Assembly: GCF_041956535.1 (NCBI RefSeq)
Contig: NW_027192233.1
Coordinates: 1-64,000 of the forward strand
Reading direction: 5' to 3'
DNA from: Calcarisporiella thermophila CBS 279.70
Lineage: Eukaryota; Fungi; Calcarisporiellomycota
DNA: 64,000 nt
Part shown: positions 63,595 through 64,000 of the stretch, one piece after another
How positions within the stretch are numbered: the first letter of the stretch is position 1
Layout of the letters: every line of letters starts with the position of its first letter
The notes under the pieces: model-generated
What the model saw: the letters and a program-made list of their open reading frames with translations, nothing else
The model's database searches: none
Told to the model about the DNA's origin: nothing
Position numbers and translations under genes: made by a program

Positions 63595-64000
63595 TCAATC
63601 ATTTCTTGGAATTGGCTTGGAGATATCTATAGCCGAATACTTTGGCGGTAGATCGGCCACTTCCACTGAAGGGGCAGATGGGGTCGGTCCAGGCTCAGAG
63701 ACTATGTTAGGTGGAGCAACGGAGAAGTGTGGGGGGTAAGCCGTCGTGGGAGCAAAAGTTGTTAGCGTGGGCGAAGAGTACACCAGCTTGACGGTCAGAT
63801 TTTTTCGCTTCTTTTCCTTTGAACTAGGAGGACCTGATCCAGATCGTTCCATACACCAGGAGATCTGGTGTTTGGGGGTGTCCTCCTGATTAAAACGTTT
63901 GAGTAGCAATAGAAGGGCCGGAATAAACTTCGAAAATAAAATGTAGAATTAGCATAAGAAACTCACCGAAAACATAATGATCTCTACCTGATGCTCATAT
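63595..64000 (-). CDS. 3' end of a gene running off the window; probable membrane protein with Pro-rich tail and PY motif
   Basis: ...EIIMFS|FIPALLLLLKR across a GT-AG intron; tail contains LPPKY and ends at the stop 63595-63597. Confidence 0.6.

Noticed and set aside
1-64000. CRISPR arrays, rRNA, telomeric repeats or prokaryotic operons
   Set aside because: None seen; gene structure is eukaryotic throughout

Overview
Eukaryotic, intron-rich fungal DNA. Short GT-AG introns, Crinkler relics and a self-sufficient P450 point to an early-diverging fungus, probably Mucoromycota (inference). The window has two sharply different halves. From 1 to about 34 kb it is AT-rich and gene-sparse, with decayed transposons (two non-LTR retroelements, several Tc1/mariner relics, a chromovirus tail, a long-TIR element, a CMC-type MITE) and two Crinkler-like pseudogenes. 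Five intact genes with TATA-like boxes lie among them: an orphan Cys-rich secreted protein, a secreted class-3 lipase, a signal-peptide-bearing Zn deaminase, a P450-reductase fusion with an extra N-terminal domain, and a DUF4360 secreted protein. A tRNA-Phe(GAA) gene at 34053, with an inverted U15:A48 Levitt pair, marks the switch to a compact housekeeping block. That block holds WRS1, RSM10, an Elongin-B-like gene, NDUFA8, a RING-CH E3, TEL2, a PGA1-like gene, RRP36, a Ran1-like kinase, VPS28, a P/T-rich membrane protein, an MSP/VAP-like gene, a RhoGAP, IDH2 and a partial gene. Both N-gaps look like assembly artefacts. Exon boundaries were placed by eye and family calls are from motif recognition, not database searches.
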